The notes under the pieces are model-generated. The model had not been told where the DNA came from. It worked only from the letters and a program-made list of their open reading frames with translations, and did not search any database. Below are positions 12,101 through 26,000 of a DNA stretch of 63,925 bases, one piece after another. The stretch is from Haplodiscus bocki (Eukaryota). Where the stretch lies: positions 81,282,076 to 81,346,000 of the forward strand of contig OZ296649.1 of the NCBI GenBank assembly GCA_965655095.1. The letters run 5' to 3'. Position numbers and translations under genes: made by a program. How positions within the stretch are numbered: position 1 is the first letter of the stretch; each line of letters opens with the position of its first letter.

Positions 12101-15100
12101 CATGGCGCTAGAAACAATCAAATGGCCAGAAAACAGAACAGCTTGCCACAAACCATATCAGGTGGCCAGGAACAAAATCAAGTGGCCGAAAACTGTTTTA
12201 GGCGACCAGAAAGCATACCAGCACAACAAAAAACATATCACGTGATCAGAAAATATATCAGGTAGTGAGAAAGTTTATCAACAGGCCAAAAACTCAATCA
12301 GGATGGCGGATACTATATCTGGTAGACAGAACTCATATCAGGTAGCCCGGAATCGAATCAAGTGGCAACTGTCGCATGTGGCCAGAAACGACATCAGCTC
12401 GTCAGAAAACACTTCAGGTGATCAAAAAGAAGTCAAGAAGTGAGAAAATACATCAGTTTGCCAAAATTTATATCAGGTTGATAAAAACTACATCCGGTGG
12501 ACAGAAACCATATATGGAGACTGGAAACCATATCAGGATAAAAAACTATATCAGCTAGCCACAAATCATATCAGGTGGCCATTTTTTGCAACAGGTGACC
12601 AGAAACAAAATCGAGTGCCCAAAATCATATCAAGTAAACAAAACTTATATGAGGTGTCCAGAAAACATATCAGTTGGCCTGACACAACATCTGGTTGCCA
12701 GAATCTAATTCAGCTGGCCAGAAATCACGTCAGATGGACAAAAACTATAGCAGGTGTTCAGAACCCATATCAGGTGGACAGAAAACATACCAAGTGACTG
12801 GAGAACATATCAGCTGGCCAAAAACTAAATGAGATGTTCAGAAGTCATGTCAGACTGCCAGAAAATACATCAGGTTGCCAAAAACTAATTCAGTTGGCTA
12901 GAACATATCAGTTGGACAGAAACTGTAACCATATCAGGTGGCCAGAAATATTTAACAGGCGATCAGAAAATAAATCAGCTGGCCAAAAACTATATCAATT
13001 GGTCAGAAATTTTATCAGCTGGCTAAAACCATATCAATTTGCCAGAAAACCAAATGGGAAGGCAGAAACAATATTTGATGACCAGAAATCAAATCAACTG
13101 GCCAGCAACTTCATCAGATGGTCAGAAACCAAAACAGACTGCCAGATACCATCTAAGCTGGCCGGAATTTTATCAGACGGGCAGACAATTAACAAGCTGA
13201 AGAGACTATGTCGGCTTTTTAAAAACAATATCAGGAGGTGAGAAACTCCACCAAGAGGCCAGAAATTGTATCAGATGGCCATAAAATATATCAGGTTGCC
13301 AGAATCCAAACTAGGTGCCCCGAAAAACTATGAGACCTACAGAAAGCATATCAGGTGGCAGAAAGTCAAACCTGGTGACCAAAAACAAAAAAATGTAGTC
13401 AGAAGTTATTTCAGCTTGTTTAAAAACATATCAGCTGGACAGAAACCACCTCAGGTGAAAAGAATACACATAGTGAAATCAAAAAGCAGATGAAGATTCA
13501 AAACTTAAATCTGGTGACCAAAAATAAAAAAAGGTAGTCAGAAACTATTTCAGCTCAGATACAAAATCAGGTGGCCAGAAACTATATCAACTGGCTAAAA
13601 ACCATATTATGTGGCCAGAAGCTATCTAGAAAGGCCACAAATTGTATGAGGTGACCAGAAATTGTATCATCTGGTGAAAAAATAACTCAGATACTGAAAA
13701 ATTTTATCAGATGGTCAGAAACCAAATCAGATTGGAAGAAGTTATTTCAGCTGGTCAAAAACAACATCAGGCCGCCAGAAATTATAGCAGGCGGCCAAAA
13801 AAATGTCAGGCGAACAGAGACTAAATTAGCTGACCAGAAACTAGATCAACTGGCCAGAAATCATATCAGCTAGCAAGAAACCATATCAGGTGGCAGAAAG
13901 AAAATCAGCTGGCCACAAACCATATCAACTGGCGAGAATTCACATCAGCTACATTGAAACCTTATCAAGAGACCAAAAAGCAAATCGGGTGGACAGAAAA
14001 TACATCGGGTGGCCAGAAACTATTTCACTTTTCCAGAAAAAAAAATCAGGTGGCCAAAAAACATACCAAGGAGCTAAAATCCATAGAAGATGGTCAGAAA
14101 ACAAATGAGATGTCCGAAAACTATACCAGGAGGCCTGAAACAGTCTCAAGTGGCTCAAAGGCATATCAGAGAGCAAGAAAACATATTTTATGATGAGATT
14201 TCAAAAAAAGGTAGTCATACCCTATAACAGCTTGCTGAGGAACATATAAATTAGACAGAAACCATAACAGATGGCCAGAAGAAACACCAGGTTCCCAGAA
14301 TCCATACCAGATGTCCAGAAAACATACGAGATGTCCAAAAACCATAGCAGGTGGTCACAAACTGTCTCAAGCGGTCCAAAGGCATAATAGCTGGCAAGAA
14401 ATCATAATTGGTGAACAAAAGTATAAAAAGTGGTCAAAATCTATATCCGTTTGTCAAAAAACATTGCAGAAGGACAGAAAGCATATGAGGTGGCCAAAAA
14501 TTGTACCAGATTGCCGAATTATATACCATGAGCCAGAAAACGTCTGAGATGTCCGGAAACCATAACAGGTAGCGAGAGACCGTCTCAGGAAGCTCAAAAC
14601 TATATCAGCCCGCAGAAAATCAAATCTGGTAACGAAAAATAAAAAAAAATTTTCCGAAACTGTTTCAGCTTGTTCAAAAACATATCAGGCGTACAGAAAT
14701 CATATTAGGTGGCTGGAAACCGTCTCAAGTGGCACAAAACCATATCAGCTGGCAAGAAATCATATTTGGTGAACAGAAGTACAAAAGGTAAACAGAATCT
14801 ATTTCAGTTTGTTCAAAAACATATCAGGTGAGCGGAAACCAAATTAGGTTGCCAGAAACCGTCTCAAGTAGCACAAAACTATATCAGCTGGCAGGAAATC
14901 ATATCTGATGACCCGAAAAGAAGGTAGTCAGAAACTATATCAGCTTGCTAAAAAACATATCAGTTTGACAGAAACCACATCAAGTGAACAGAAATCACAT
15001 CGGGAAACCAAAAACCATCTGAGGAGCAAAAAGTCAAATCTGGTGACCAAAAATAGATATAAGGTAGTCAGAAACCTTTGCAGCTCATGTTTCATATGCG

Positions 15101-17223
15101 GTGACCAGAAACTATATCAACTGGCTAAAAACCATTTTATGCGGCCAGAAACTATTTTAAGAGGCCACAAATTGTATGAGGTGACCAGAAACTGTATCAT
15201 GTGGTGAAAAATTAACTCAGATTATCCAAAAGTCTATCAGATGGTCCGAAACCAAATCAGATTGCAAGAAGTTATTTCAGTTGGTCAGAAAACACATCAG
15301 GTAGCCAGAAATCATAGCAGGCGGCCAATAAAATTTCAGCCGAACAGAGACTATATCAACTGACCAGAAGTCATATCAGCTAGCAAGAAACCCGATCAGG
15401 AAGCCAAAAAGCAAATCAGGTGCACAGAAATTTTATGAGGTGGCCAGAAAAGACCTCCGTTTTCCAGAAAAGATATCAGGTGGCCAGACAACCTACTAAG
15501 GAGCCAGAATCGATACCAGATGGTCAGAAAACAAATGAGTTGTCAAAAAACTATAACAGGAGGCCAGAAACGGTCTCAATTGTCTCAGAAGCATATCAGA
15601 GGGCAAGAAAACATAACCCAAGACCAGAAAAAAAAGGTAGTCATACCCTATGTCAGCTTGTTAAAGAACAACATATCAAGTGGACAGAAACCATATCAGG
15701 TGGCCAGAAAACACACCAGGCTCCCAGAATCTATACCAGGAATCCAGAAAACATACGAGAAGTCCCAAAACCATAGCAAGTGGCCACAAACTGTCTCAAG
15801 TGGTGCAAAGCCATAAAAGCTGGCAAGAAATCATAATTGGTTAACAGAAGTATAAAAGTTAGCCAAAACCTACATCCAAACCAAATCAGGTGTCCAGGAA
15901 GAAACCAGGTTGCCAGACTCTATACCAGGTGTTAAGAAAACATAAGAGATGTCCGGAAAAAACATCATGTGGCCGGATCCATCTCAGATGGTCCAGAGCC
16001 ATATCAGCTGGCAGGAAATCACATCTGGTGACTGCAAACAAAATAGGTTAGTCAGAACCTATATCAGTTCGATAAAAAGAACATCAAGTGGACAGAAACC
16101 ATATCAGGTGGCCAATGAACACACCAAGTTTACAGAATCCAAACCAGATGTCCAGAAAACCTACGAGATGTCCAGAAATTTTTGCAGGTGGCCACAAACA
16201 GTCTCAAGTGGTCCAAAGTTTTATCAGTTGGCAAGAAATCATAACTGGTGACTGTTTTTTTTGAAAAGGTAGTCATACCTTACATCAGCTTGTCAAAAAA
16301 CGTATCAGGTGGACAGAAAGCTTATCAAGTGGCCAAAAAACGTACCAGATTGCCGAAATCTATACCCTGTGCCAGAAAACATCTGAGTTTGTCCAGAAAC
16401 CATAGCAGGTAGCGAGAAACCGTCTCCGGCAGCTCAAAACTATATCAAGTGGCAAAAAATCGTATCCGGTGACCAACAACAATAAAAAAAGGTAGTCAGA
16501 ACTTATATCAGCTGGCTAAAAGACCTAAGAGTTTGGACAGAAACCACATCGAGTGAACAGGAGTTACATCAAGAAACCAAAGAACCTATGAACAGCAAAA
16601 AAAACAAATCTGGTGACCAAAACTAATAAACTGTAGTCAGAAATTACTTCAGCTTGTTCAAAAACAAATCAGGCGGACAGAGACCGTATCAAGTGTCCAG
16701 AAATCGTCCCAAGTGGCCCAAAACCATATCAGCTGACAAAAAATCATATCTGGTGACAAGAAATCAAACATGTTATTCTGAAATGAAATCATTTTTTTAA
16801 AAAAACATATCTAGTGCACATAAACAATTTCAGGTGGCTAAAAGACATACCAAGTTGCCAGAATCTATCCCAAGTGACCAGACAACATATGAGATGTCGA
16901 AAAACCATAGCAGGTTGGCAGAAAATGTCCCAAGTGGCACAAAATCAGACTAGCTGGCGACAAATCAAAACTGGTGACCAATCTTTTAAAAAAAGGTAGT
17001 CATACCCTATATCAGCTTTTCAAGAAACAGATCAGTTGCAAAGAAATCTCATCAAGAGGCCAGAAAACACATCAGGTTGCCAGAATTTTCTCTATGTGTA
17101 CAGAAAACATATGAGATGTTTAAAAACCACAGCATGTGGTCAGGTACACCGTCTAAAATGGCCTAAAATCAAGTCAATTGGCAGAAATATGTATCTGAAG
17201 ACCAGATCCAAAAAAATGTAGTC

Positions 17224-18317
17224 AGTAGTAGAAGAGTGAGCTGATCAGACGGGGGTTGGGGGGGGGGGTTTGTGGACAACCCCATGTATTAAGATAGGCT
17301 ATAGCAAGTCGAGAGGAGCCGAGAGCCGAGAGGGTTCTTCCACCATAGCCGAGAACTCTCGGGTGTTTTAGGGCGACGTAATAATAGTGGATTCCGATTG
17401 GCTGACGAAGTTTAGGATTTTTCGTCCTCGATTCTGATTGGCTGCCGACAGCTTCTTAGTTTCGGGCACGAGACGAGTGTGTTCGGCAAAGTATTAATAT
17501 AGTGAAAGGCAATTGGCAATGTATTATTATAGGCTATAGTGTTTTTGTATTGTATAAAGATAGTTAGTGGGCTGAATGACTCAGTTTTGGCACAGTGATA
17601 CTGTTGCGGAAAAAATGTTTTGAACAGATTTTTTTTCAAGCAGGCCTGCCCGCCCGGATAATTATTACGGGGCGGGCTAATTTTGACGCCTGCGGTTTTT
17701 TACGCCTGCGGATACTGTTTTGCAACGTGAAAAGATACATCGGCAAGGTATTCGTATAGGGTATAGTTCGGTAATGTATTATGATAGGGTAAAGTTCGGT
17801 TCAATGTATTAAGAGAGGGTATATTTCGGTAATGTTTTAGGATAGGATATAGCTCGGTGACGTTAATAGTTTAACACTTTACTGTAGCAATGCAAAAGAA
17901 AAATTGGCGGAAAATATGTAGCAAGTGTTACCAATTACGACATACCATATGTGGCAAATCGGCCAAAAAAGGGAAGAGCAGCCATTAAGGGAAATCCTAA
18001 CCATAAAAGTAGATGTCAATCACTTTCTTTTACGCGTGCGGATACTGATATGACTTAATGCTATGTAAAAAAATGTTTTAATGTTTTAAAACGATAATTA
18101 AAGTGTATAATGTTGGACAGAGACACGACATTATGAAATAAAAATGAGTGAACCTCTTATAAATTATGCGGTTGATTATGAATTCCATCACTCTCGACTA
18201 TTCGCTTTGGGTAAAAGTAGGACAGACCTTTTTTAATTTGTTCATAGGTAGCAACAGAACGATTGTTTGTTCGCAATCCTGCATTGTTCGAAGTGACGTT
18301 TACCTTTTCGTTCAAAA
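17224..18317 (-). mobile_element. Truncated Polinton/Maverick terminus (AGTAGTAG end plus last ~55 codons of pPolB) inside the satellite, copy 1
   Basis: Starts AGTAGTAG, the (AGT)n end typical of Polintons. Contains a GC hairpin and 28/30-bp repeats. The right end on the minus strand reads as the pPolB C-terminus (..NEKVNVTSNN..YEQIKKGLSYFYPKRIVESDGIH..). Homologous to 30158-31180, which continues into polB. Confidence 0.82.
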
Positions 18318-20299
18318 AATATCAGGTAGCCAGAAAACACATCAAGTTGCCAGAATCTATCCCATGTGCTCAGAAATTATATGAGATGTCTGGAGATCAT
18401 AGCAGTTTGCCAGACACTGTCTCAAGCGGCGCAAAACCATATCAGCCGGCAGAAAATGATATCTGGTGACCAGGTTTATTGGAAGGTAGTCAGAAACTAT
18501 TTCAACTTGTTCAAAAACATATCAGGTGGCTAGAAATCGTCTCAAGTCGCCCAAAACCATATCAGTTGGTAAAGAATCGTATATGGTGACCAGAAACAAA
18601 ACAAGGTAGTCTGAACCTGAATTAGTTTGTCAAAAAACATATCAAAGGGTCAGAAACGATTTCAGGCGGCCAGAAAACGCATCAGAACGGAATTTTTCCC
18701 AGGTGACCAGACAAAAAACGAATTGTCTAGAAACCAAAACAGGCAGCCAGAAAGCGTCTCAAGTGACCCAAAGCCATATCAGATGGCAAGAATTCATATC
18801 TGGTGGCCAGAATCAATAGGAGTTAGTCATAACCTATATCAATTTGTCAAAAAACATCTCAGGTGGACAGAAACCATATCAGGCAGGCAAAAATTGTCTC
18901 AATTGGTCCAAAGCCATAGCAGCTGGTAAGAAATCATAATTGGTGAACGGAAGTATAAAAGGTTGTCAAAACCTAAAATAGGCTATTGAAAAAACGTATC
19001 AGGTGGACAGTAATTGTGTCAGGTAGCCCGAAAATATTCCTGGTTGCAAGAATCTTACCAGGTGCCCAGGAAACATACGAAATGTCCAATAAACATACCG
19101 GGAAGTCAGAGACTTTCTCATTTGGCCCAAAACAGAATCAAGTGGCGAGAAATCATATCTGGTGACAAGAATTATTAAAAGGTAGCCATAACTTACATTA
19201 GCATGTCAAAAAACATATCAGAAGGACAGAAAACATATCAGGTGGCCAGAAAATTTACCGGTCGCCAGAATCTATAACAGGTGCCCGGAAAACATATGAG
19301 ACGTCCGGAAACCATAACAGATAGCCAAAAATCGTCCTAAGTGGTCCAGAATCATAATAGCTTGAGAGAAGTCATATCTGGTGACCAGATTCAAAAACAG
19401 GTAGTCATAATCTATACCAGTTTGTCAAAAACTTATCAGGTGGACAGAAATTTTACCGGTTGCCAGAATCTATAACAGGTGCCTGGAAAACATATGAGAT
19501 GTCCGGAAACCAAAATAGGTGGCCAAAAATTGTCTTAAGTGGTCCAGAATCTCAATAGCTTGAAAGAAGTCATACCTGGTGACCAGATTCAAAAAAAGGT
19601 AGTCATAATCTTTATCAGTTTGTCAAAAATTTTATCAAGTGGACAGAAACTACGTCAAGTGGCGAGAAATTTTACCAGGTTGCTAGAATCAATACCAGGT
19701 GTTCAGAAAACATATGAGATGTCCGGAAACCATAGCAGGAGGTCAGATCCATCTCAAGTCTTCCAAAGACATACCAGCAGGCAATAATTCAGATCTGGTG
19801 ACAAAATTTAATGAAAGGTTGTCATAACATATATCGGCTTATCAAAAAACATATCAGACAGACAGAAAACTGAAACAATATCAGGCGGCCATAAATCGTC
19901 TCAATTGATCCAAAGCCATCTCAGCTGGCAAAAAATCACATGTGGTGACCGGAAACAAGAAAAGTTAGTCAGAACTTATATCAGCTTGCTAAGACACGTA
20001 TCAAGTGGACAGAAACCACATCAAGTGAACAGAAATTACATCGAGAAGCCAAAGAACATATGAGGTGCAAAAAGTCAAATTTGTTGACCAAAACTAAAAA
20101 AAACGTAATGAGATATTAATTCAGCTTCTTGTTTAAAAACAAATCAGGCTGACAGAAACCAGGGTGCCAGAAATTGTCTCATGTGACCAAAGACTAAATC
20201 ACGTGGCGAGAAATCATAACTAGTGACCTTATAGAAAAAAAGGTAGTCATACCCTATATCAGGTTGTGAAAAAAAAAACATATCAGTTGGGCAGAAACC

Positions 20300-23040
20300 A
20301 GAAACCATAGCAAGTGGCCTGAAACTGTCTCAGGAGGCTCCAAATCATATCAGGTTGCAAAAAAGCAAATCTGATGACCAAAAATAAAGAATTGGAGTCA
20401 TAAACTGTTTCATCTTGTTTAACGACAAACCAGGCAGACAAACATCATACCAGGTGGCCAAAAAACACACATGATTGGCAAAATCTATACGATGTGGCAG
20501 AAAACCTCTGAGATGTCCGGAAACCATAGCAGAATGCCAGATCCGTTTAAGGTGGTCCAAAACCAAATCAAGCAGCAAAAAAATCAAATCTGATGATCAC
20601 AAAAGAAAAAAGCTAGTCAAAACCTATTTCAGCATTTTGAAAAACTTATCAGGGGGGACAGAAAAGACATCAGATGGCCGAAAAAACACACCAAGTTACC
20701 AGATTCTATCCCAGGTGACCAGAAACTATATCAATTGTCTGGAAACCAAAGCAGGTTGCCAGAATTTGTCTCAAGTGGCCCAAAATCATATCAGCTGGCT
20801 AAAAAACAAAACTTGTGTCCAGATAAAAAAAAAGGTAGTCTTACCCTAAATCAGATTGTCAGAGAAAGTTTCATTTGGACACGAAACTTATCAAAAGGCC
20901 AGAAATCACACCAGGTTGCCAGCATTTATACCATGTGCCCAGAGAACAATTGAATTTTCCATAAACAAAGTAGGCAGCAAGAAACCGTGTCAAGTGGCCC
21001 AAAACTATATCAGATGGCAAGAAGTCAAATCTGGTGACCAGATTCAACAAAGGGTAGTCATAACCTATATCAATTTGTCAAAAAATTTATCAAGTGGACA
21101 GAAATTATATCAGGTGGCCAGAACTTTTACCACAATGTCAGAAACTATGCCAGGTGTTTAGAAAACATATGAGATGTCCGGAAATCATAGCATGTGGCCA
21201 GATCCATCTCAAGTCGTCCAAAGCCATACTAGCAGGCAAAAAATCATATCTGGTGACAAGACTTAATAAGAAGTAGTGATAACTTATAACAGCCTGTCAA
21301 AAAACAGATCAGTTAGACAGAAACCAGAAACCGTATCAGGTGGCCAGAAACCATCTCAATTGGTCCAAAGCCATCTCAGCTGGCGAAAAATCATATGTGG
21401 TGACCAGAAAAAAGAAAAGGTAGTCGAAACTTATATCAGCTTGCTAAGACACGTATCAGGTGGACAGAAACCACATCAAGTTAACAAAAATTACATTGAG
21501 AAGCCAAAAAACAGATGAGTAGCAAAAAGTCAAATTTGGTGGCAAAAACTAAAAAACGGTAATAAGAAAATAATTCAGCTTCTTGTTTAAAAACATATCA
21601 GGCGGCCACAAATCGTCTCAAGTGACCCAAGACTATATCACCTGGCGAGAAATCATAACTAGTGACCAGATATAAAAAATGGTAGTCATACCCTATATCA
21701 GGTTGTAAAAAAACATATTAGTTGGGTAGAAACCAGAAACCATAGCAGGTGGCCTGAAACTGTCTCAGGAGGCTCAAAATCATGTCAGGTTGCAAAAAAA
21801 CAAATCTGATGACCAAAAATAAAGAAATGTAGTCATAAACTATTTGATCTTGTTTAAGGACAAACCAGGCAGACAAACATCATACCAGGTGGCCAAAAAA
21901 CACACATGATTGGCAAAATCTATACGATGTGGCAGAAAACCTCTGAGATGTCCGGAAACCATAGCAGAATGCCAGATCCGTTTAAGGTGGTCCAAAACCA
22001 AATCAAGCAGCAAAAAAATCAAATCTGATGATCAGAAAAGAAAAAAGCTAGTCAAAACCTATTTCAGCATTTTGAAAAACATATCAGGGGGGACAGAAAA
22101 GACATCAGATGGCCGAAAAAACACACCAAGTTACCAGATTCTATCCCAGGTGACCAGAAACTATATCAGTTGTCTGGAAACCAAAGCAGGTTGCCAGAAT
22201 TTGTCTCAAGTGGCCCAAAATCATATCAGCTGGCGAAAAAACAAAACTTGTGTCCAGATAAAAAAAAGGTAGTCAGTCTTACCCTATATCAGATTGTCAG
22301 AGAAAGTTTCATTTGGACACGAAACTTATCAAAAGGCCAGAAATCACACCAGGTTGCCAGCATTTATAACAAGTGCCCAGAGAACAATTGAATTTTCCAT
22401 AAACAAAGTAGGCAGCAAGAAACCGTGTCAAGTGGCCCAAAACTATATCAGATGGCAAGAAGTCAAATCTGGTGACCAGATTCAACAAAGGGTAGTCATA
22501 ACCTATATCAATTTGTCAAAAAATTTATCAAGTGGACAGAAATTATATCAGGTGGCCAGAACTTTTACCACAATGTCAGAAAGTATGCCAGGTGTTTAGA
22601 AAACATATGAGATGTCCGGAAATCATAGCATGTGGCCAGATCCATCTCAAGTCGTCCAAAGCCATACTAGCAGGCAAAAAATCATATCTGGTGACAAGAC
22701 TTAATAAGAAGTAGTGATAACTTATAACAGCCTGTCAAAAAACAGATCAGTTAGACAGAAACCAGAAACCGTATCAGGTGGCCAGAAACCATCTCAATTG
22801 GTCCAAAGCCATCTCAGCTGGCGAAAAATCATATGTGGTGACCAGAAAAAAGAAAAGGTAGTCGAAACTTATATCAGCTTGCTAAGACACGTATCAGGTG
22901 GACAGAAACCACATCAAGTTAACAAAAATTACATTGAGAAGCCAAAAAACAGATGAGTAGCAAAAAGTCAAACTTGGTGACTAAAACTAAAAAACGGTAA
23001 TAAGAAATTAATTCAGCTTCTTGTTTAAAAACATATTAGG
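20300..23040 (+). repeat. ~1.44-kb tandem duplication within the satellite, with related copies around 24.6-25.9 kb
   Basis: Near-identical translated ORFs at offsets of 1435-1438 bp (20475/21910, 20856/22294, 21276/22714); more diverged copies at 25047 and 25680. Boundaries are approximate. Confidence 0.8.
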
Positions 23041-26000
23041 CTGACAGAAACCAAATCAGGTGGCCAGAAATTGTCTCAGTGGGCTCAAAACTATATCAGC
23101 TGGCGAGAAATAAAAGGTAGTCATACCTTATATCGGTTTGTAAAAAAAAAATCAGTTGGGCAGAAACCTTTCAGGTAGATAAAAAACGCACCAGGTTACC
23201 TGAATTTACACCTTGTGCCAGAAACCAATTGTATTGTCCAGAAAGCAAAGCAGGCAGTCAGAAACCGTCTCAAGTGGCCCAAAACAATAACAATTGGCAA
23301 AAAGCCAAATTTGGTGACCAGAATCAATAAGAGGCAGTCATAACTTATATCCAAACCAAATCAAGTAGCCAGAAACAAACCAGGTTGCCAGACTCTATAC
23401 CAGGTGTTCACAAAACCTATGAGATGTCCGGAAAAAACATCATGTGGCCAGATCCATCTCAAGTCCAAAGCCATACCAGCTTGCAAGAAATCAGATCTGG
23501 TGACAAGTTTTAATAAAAGGTAGTCATAACATATGTCAGATTGTCAAGAAACATATCAGGTAGACAGGAACCAAAAACGATATCAGTTGGCCAGAAACCA
23601 TCTCAGTTCGTCGAAAGCCTTCTCAGCTGGCAAGAAATCACACCTGGTGACCAGAAGTATAAAAGATAGTCATATACTATATCAGCCTGTTGAAAAAACG
23701 TATCATTGGAAAGCAATCTCGTCAGGTAGCCCGAAAACATACCTGGTTGCAAGAATCTTACCAGGTGCCCAAAGAACATACAAGATATCCATACAATATA
23801 CCAGGAGGCCAAAAATTGTCTCATGTGGCCCAAAACAAAATCAATTGGCAAGAAATCAAATCTGGTGACAAGATTCATTGAATGGTAGCCATAACTTATA
23901 TCAGCTTGTCAAAAAACCAATCAGGTGGGCAGAAAGCATATCTGGTGGAAAAAAACGTACCAAGTTGCCGAAATTTATACCATGTGCCAGAAAACATCTG
24001 AGATATCCGGAAAGCATAGCGGGTAGCCAGAAACCGTCTCAGGAAGCTCAAAACTATGCCAGGTGAGAAAAAGCCAAAAATTTGGTGACCAAAAACAAAA
24101 GAAGGTAGTCAAAAGCTATTTCAGCTTGTTTAAAAACACATCAGCTGGACACAAGCCATGTCAGGTGGCCAGAAAGCGTCTCAAGTTGTCCAAAAACCAT
24201 ATCAGATGGCAAAAATCATATGTAGTGACCAAAAACAAAAGAAGGTAGTCTAAAAATGAATCAGTTTATTAAAAAACATAAAAGGCTGACAGAAACCTTA
24301 TCAACTGGCCAGAAATTGTCTCAAGTGGCCTAAAGCCATTTCAGCGAGCAAAAAATCTTATCTGGTGACCAGAAACAAAACAAGCTAGTCTGAACCTAAA
24401 TCAGTATTTTAGAAAACTTATCAGGTGGGCCGAAACCATTTCAGGTGCTCAAAAAACATACCAAGTTGCCAGAATCTATCCCAGGTGACCAGAAAACATA
24501 TGAGATGTCCGGAAACCATAGCAGGTGGGTTGAAATTGTTTCTAGTGGCACTAAATGATATCAGCTGGCGAGAAATCATAACTAGTGACCAGATATTAAA
24601 AAAGCTAGCCATACGTTGTATCATATTGTAAAAAAAAACATGTCAGTTGGGCAGAAACGATCTCAAGTGGCCAGAAAACGCATCAGGCTAACGGAATTTT
24701 TAACAGGTGTCCAGAGAACAATTGAATTGTCCAGAAACAAAGTAGGCACCAAGAAACCGTGTCAAGTGGCCCAACACTTTATCAAATGGCAAGAAGTCAA
24801 ATCTGGTGACCAGATTCAACAAAGGGTAGTCATAACCTATGTCAATTTGTCAAAAACTTATCAGGTGGACATAAATTATATCAGGTGGCCAAAAATTTTA
24901 CCATAATGCCAGAAACTATACCAGGTGTTTAGAAAACATATGAGATGTCCGGAAATCATAGCATGTGGCCAGATCCATCTCAAGTCGTCCAAAACCATAC
25001 TAGCAGGCAAAAAATCATATCTGGTGACAAGACTTGATAAGAGGTAGTGATAACTTATATCAGCCTGTCAAAAAACAGACCAGTTAGACAGAAACCAGAA
25101 ACCGTATCAGGCGGCCAGAAACCATCTCAATTGGTCCAAAGCCATCTCAGCTGGCGAAAAATCATATCTGGTGACCAGAAAAAAGAAAAGGTAGTCAGAA
25201 CTTATATCAGCTGGCTAAGACACGTATCAGGTGGACAGAAACCACATCAAGTGAACAGAATTTACACCGAGAAACCAAAAAACATATGAGGTGCATAAAG
25301 TCAAATTTGGTGACCAAAACTACAAAAAGGTAATAAAAAATTAATTCAGCTTCTTGTTTAAAAACATATCAAGTGGCCAGAAATCGTCTCAAGTTACCCA
25401 ACCTATATCACCTGGCGAAAAATCATAACTAGTGACCAGATATAAAAAATGGTAGTCATACCCTATATCAGGTTGTAAAAAAACATATTAGTTGGGTAGA
25501 AACCAGAAACCATAGCAAGTGGCCTGAAACTGTCTCAGGAGGCTCAAAATCATGTCAGGTTGCAAAAAAACAAATCTGATGACCAAAAATAAAGAAATGT
25601 AGTCATAAACTATTTGATCTTGTTTAAGGACAAACCAGGCAGACAAACATCATACCAGGTGGCCACAAAACACACATGATTGGCAAAATCTATTCGATGT
25701 GCCAGAAAACCTCTGATATTTCCGGAAACGATAGCAGAATGCCAGATCCGTTTCAGATGGTCCAACACCAAATCAAGTAGCAAAAAATCAAATCTGATGT
25801 TCAGAAAAAAAAAGCTAGTCAAAACATATTTCAGCATTTCAAAATACATATCAGGGGGGACAGAAAAGACATCAGGTGGCCGAAAAACATACGATGTTGC
25901 CAGATTTAATCCCAGGTGACGAGAAACTATGTGAGTTGTCTAGAAACTAAAGCAGGTGGCCAGAATTTGTCTCAAGTGGCCCAAAATACTAACTGGTGAC

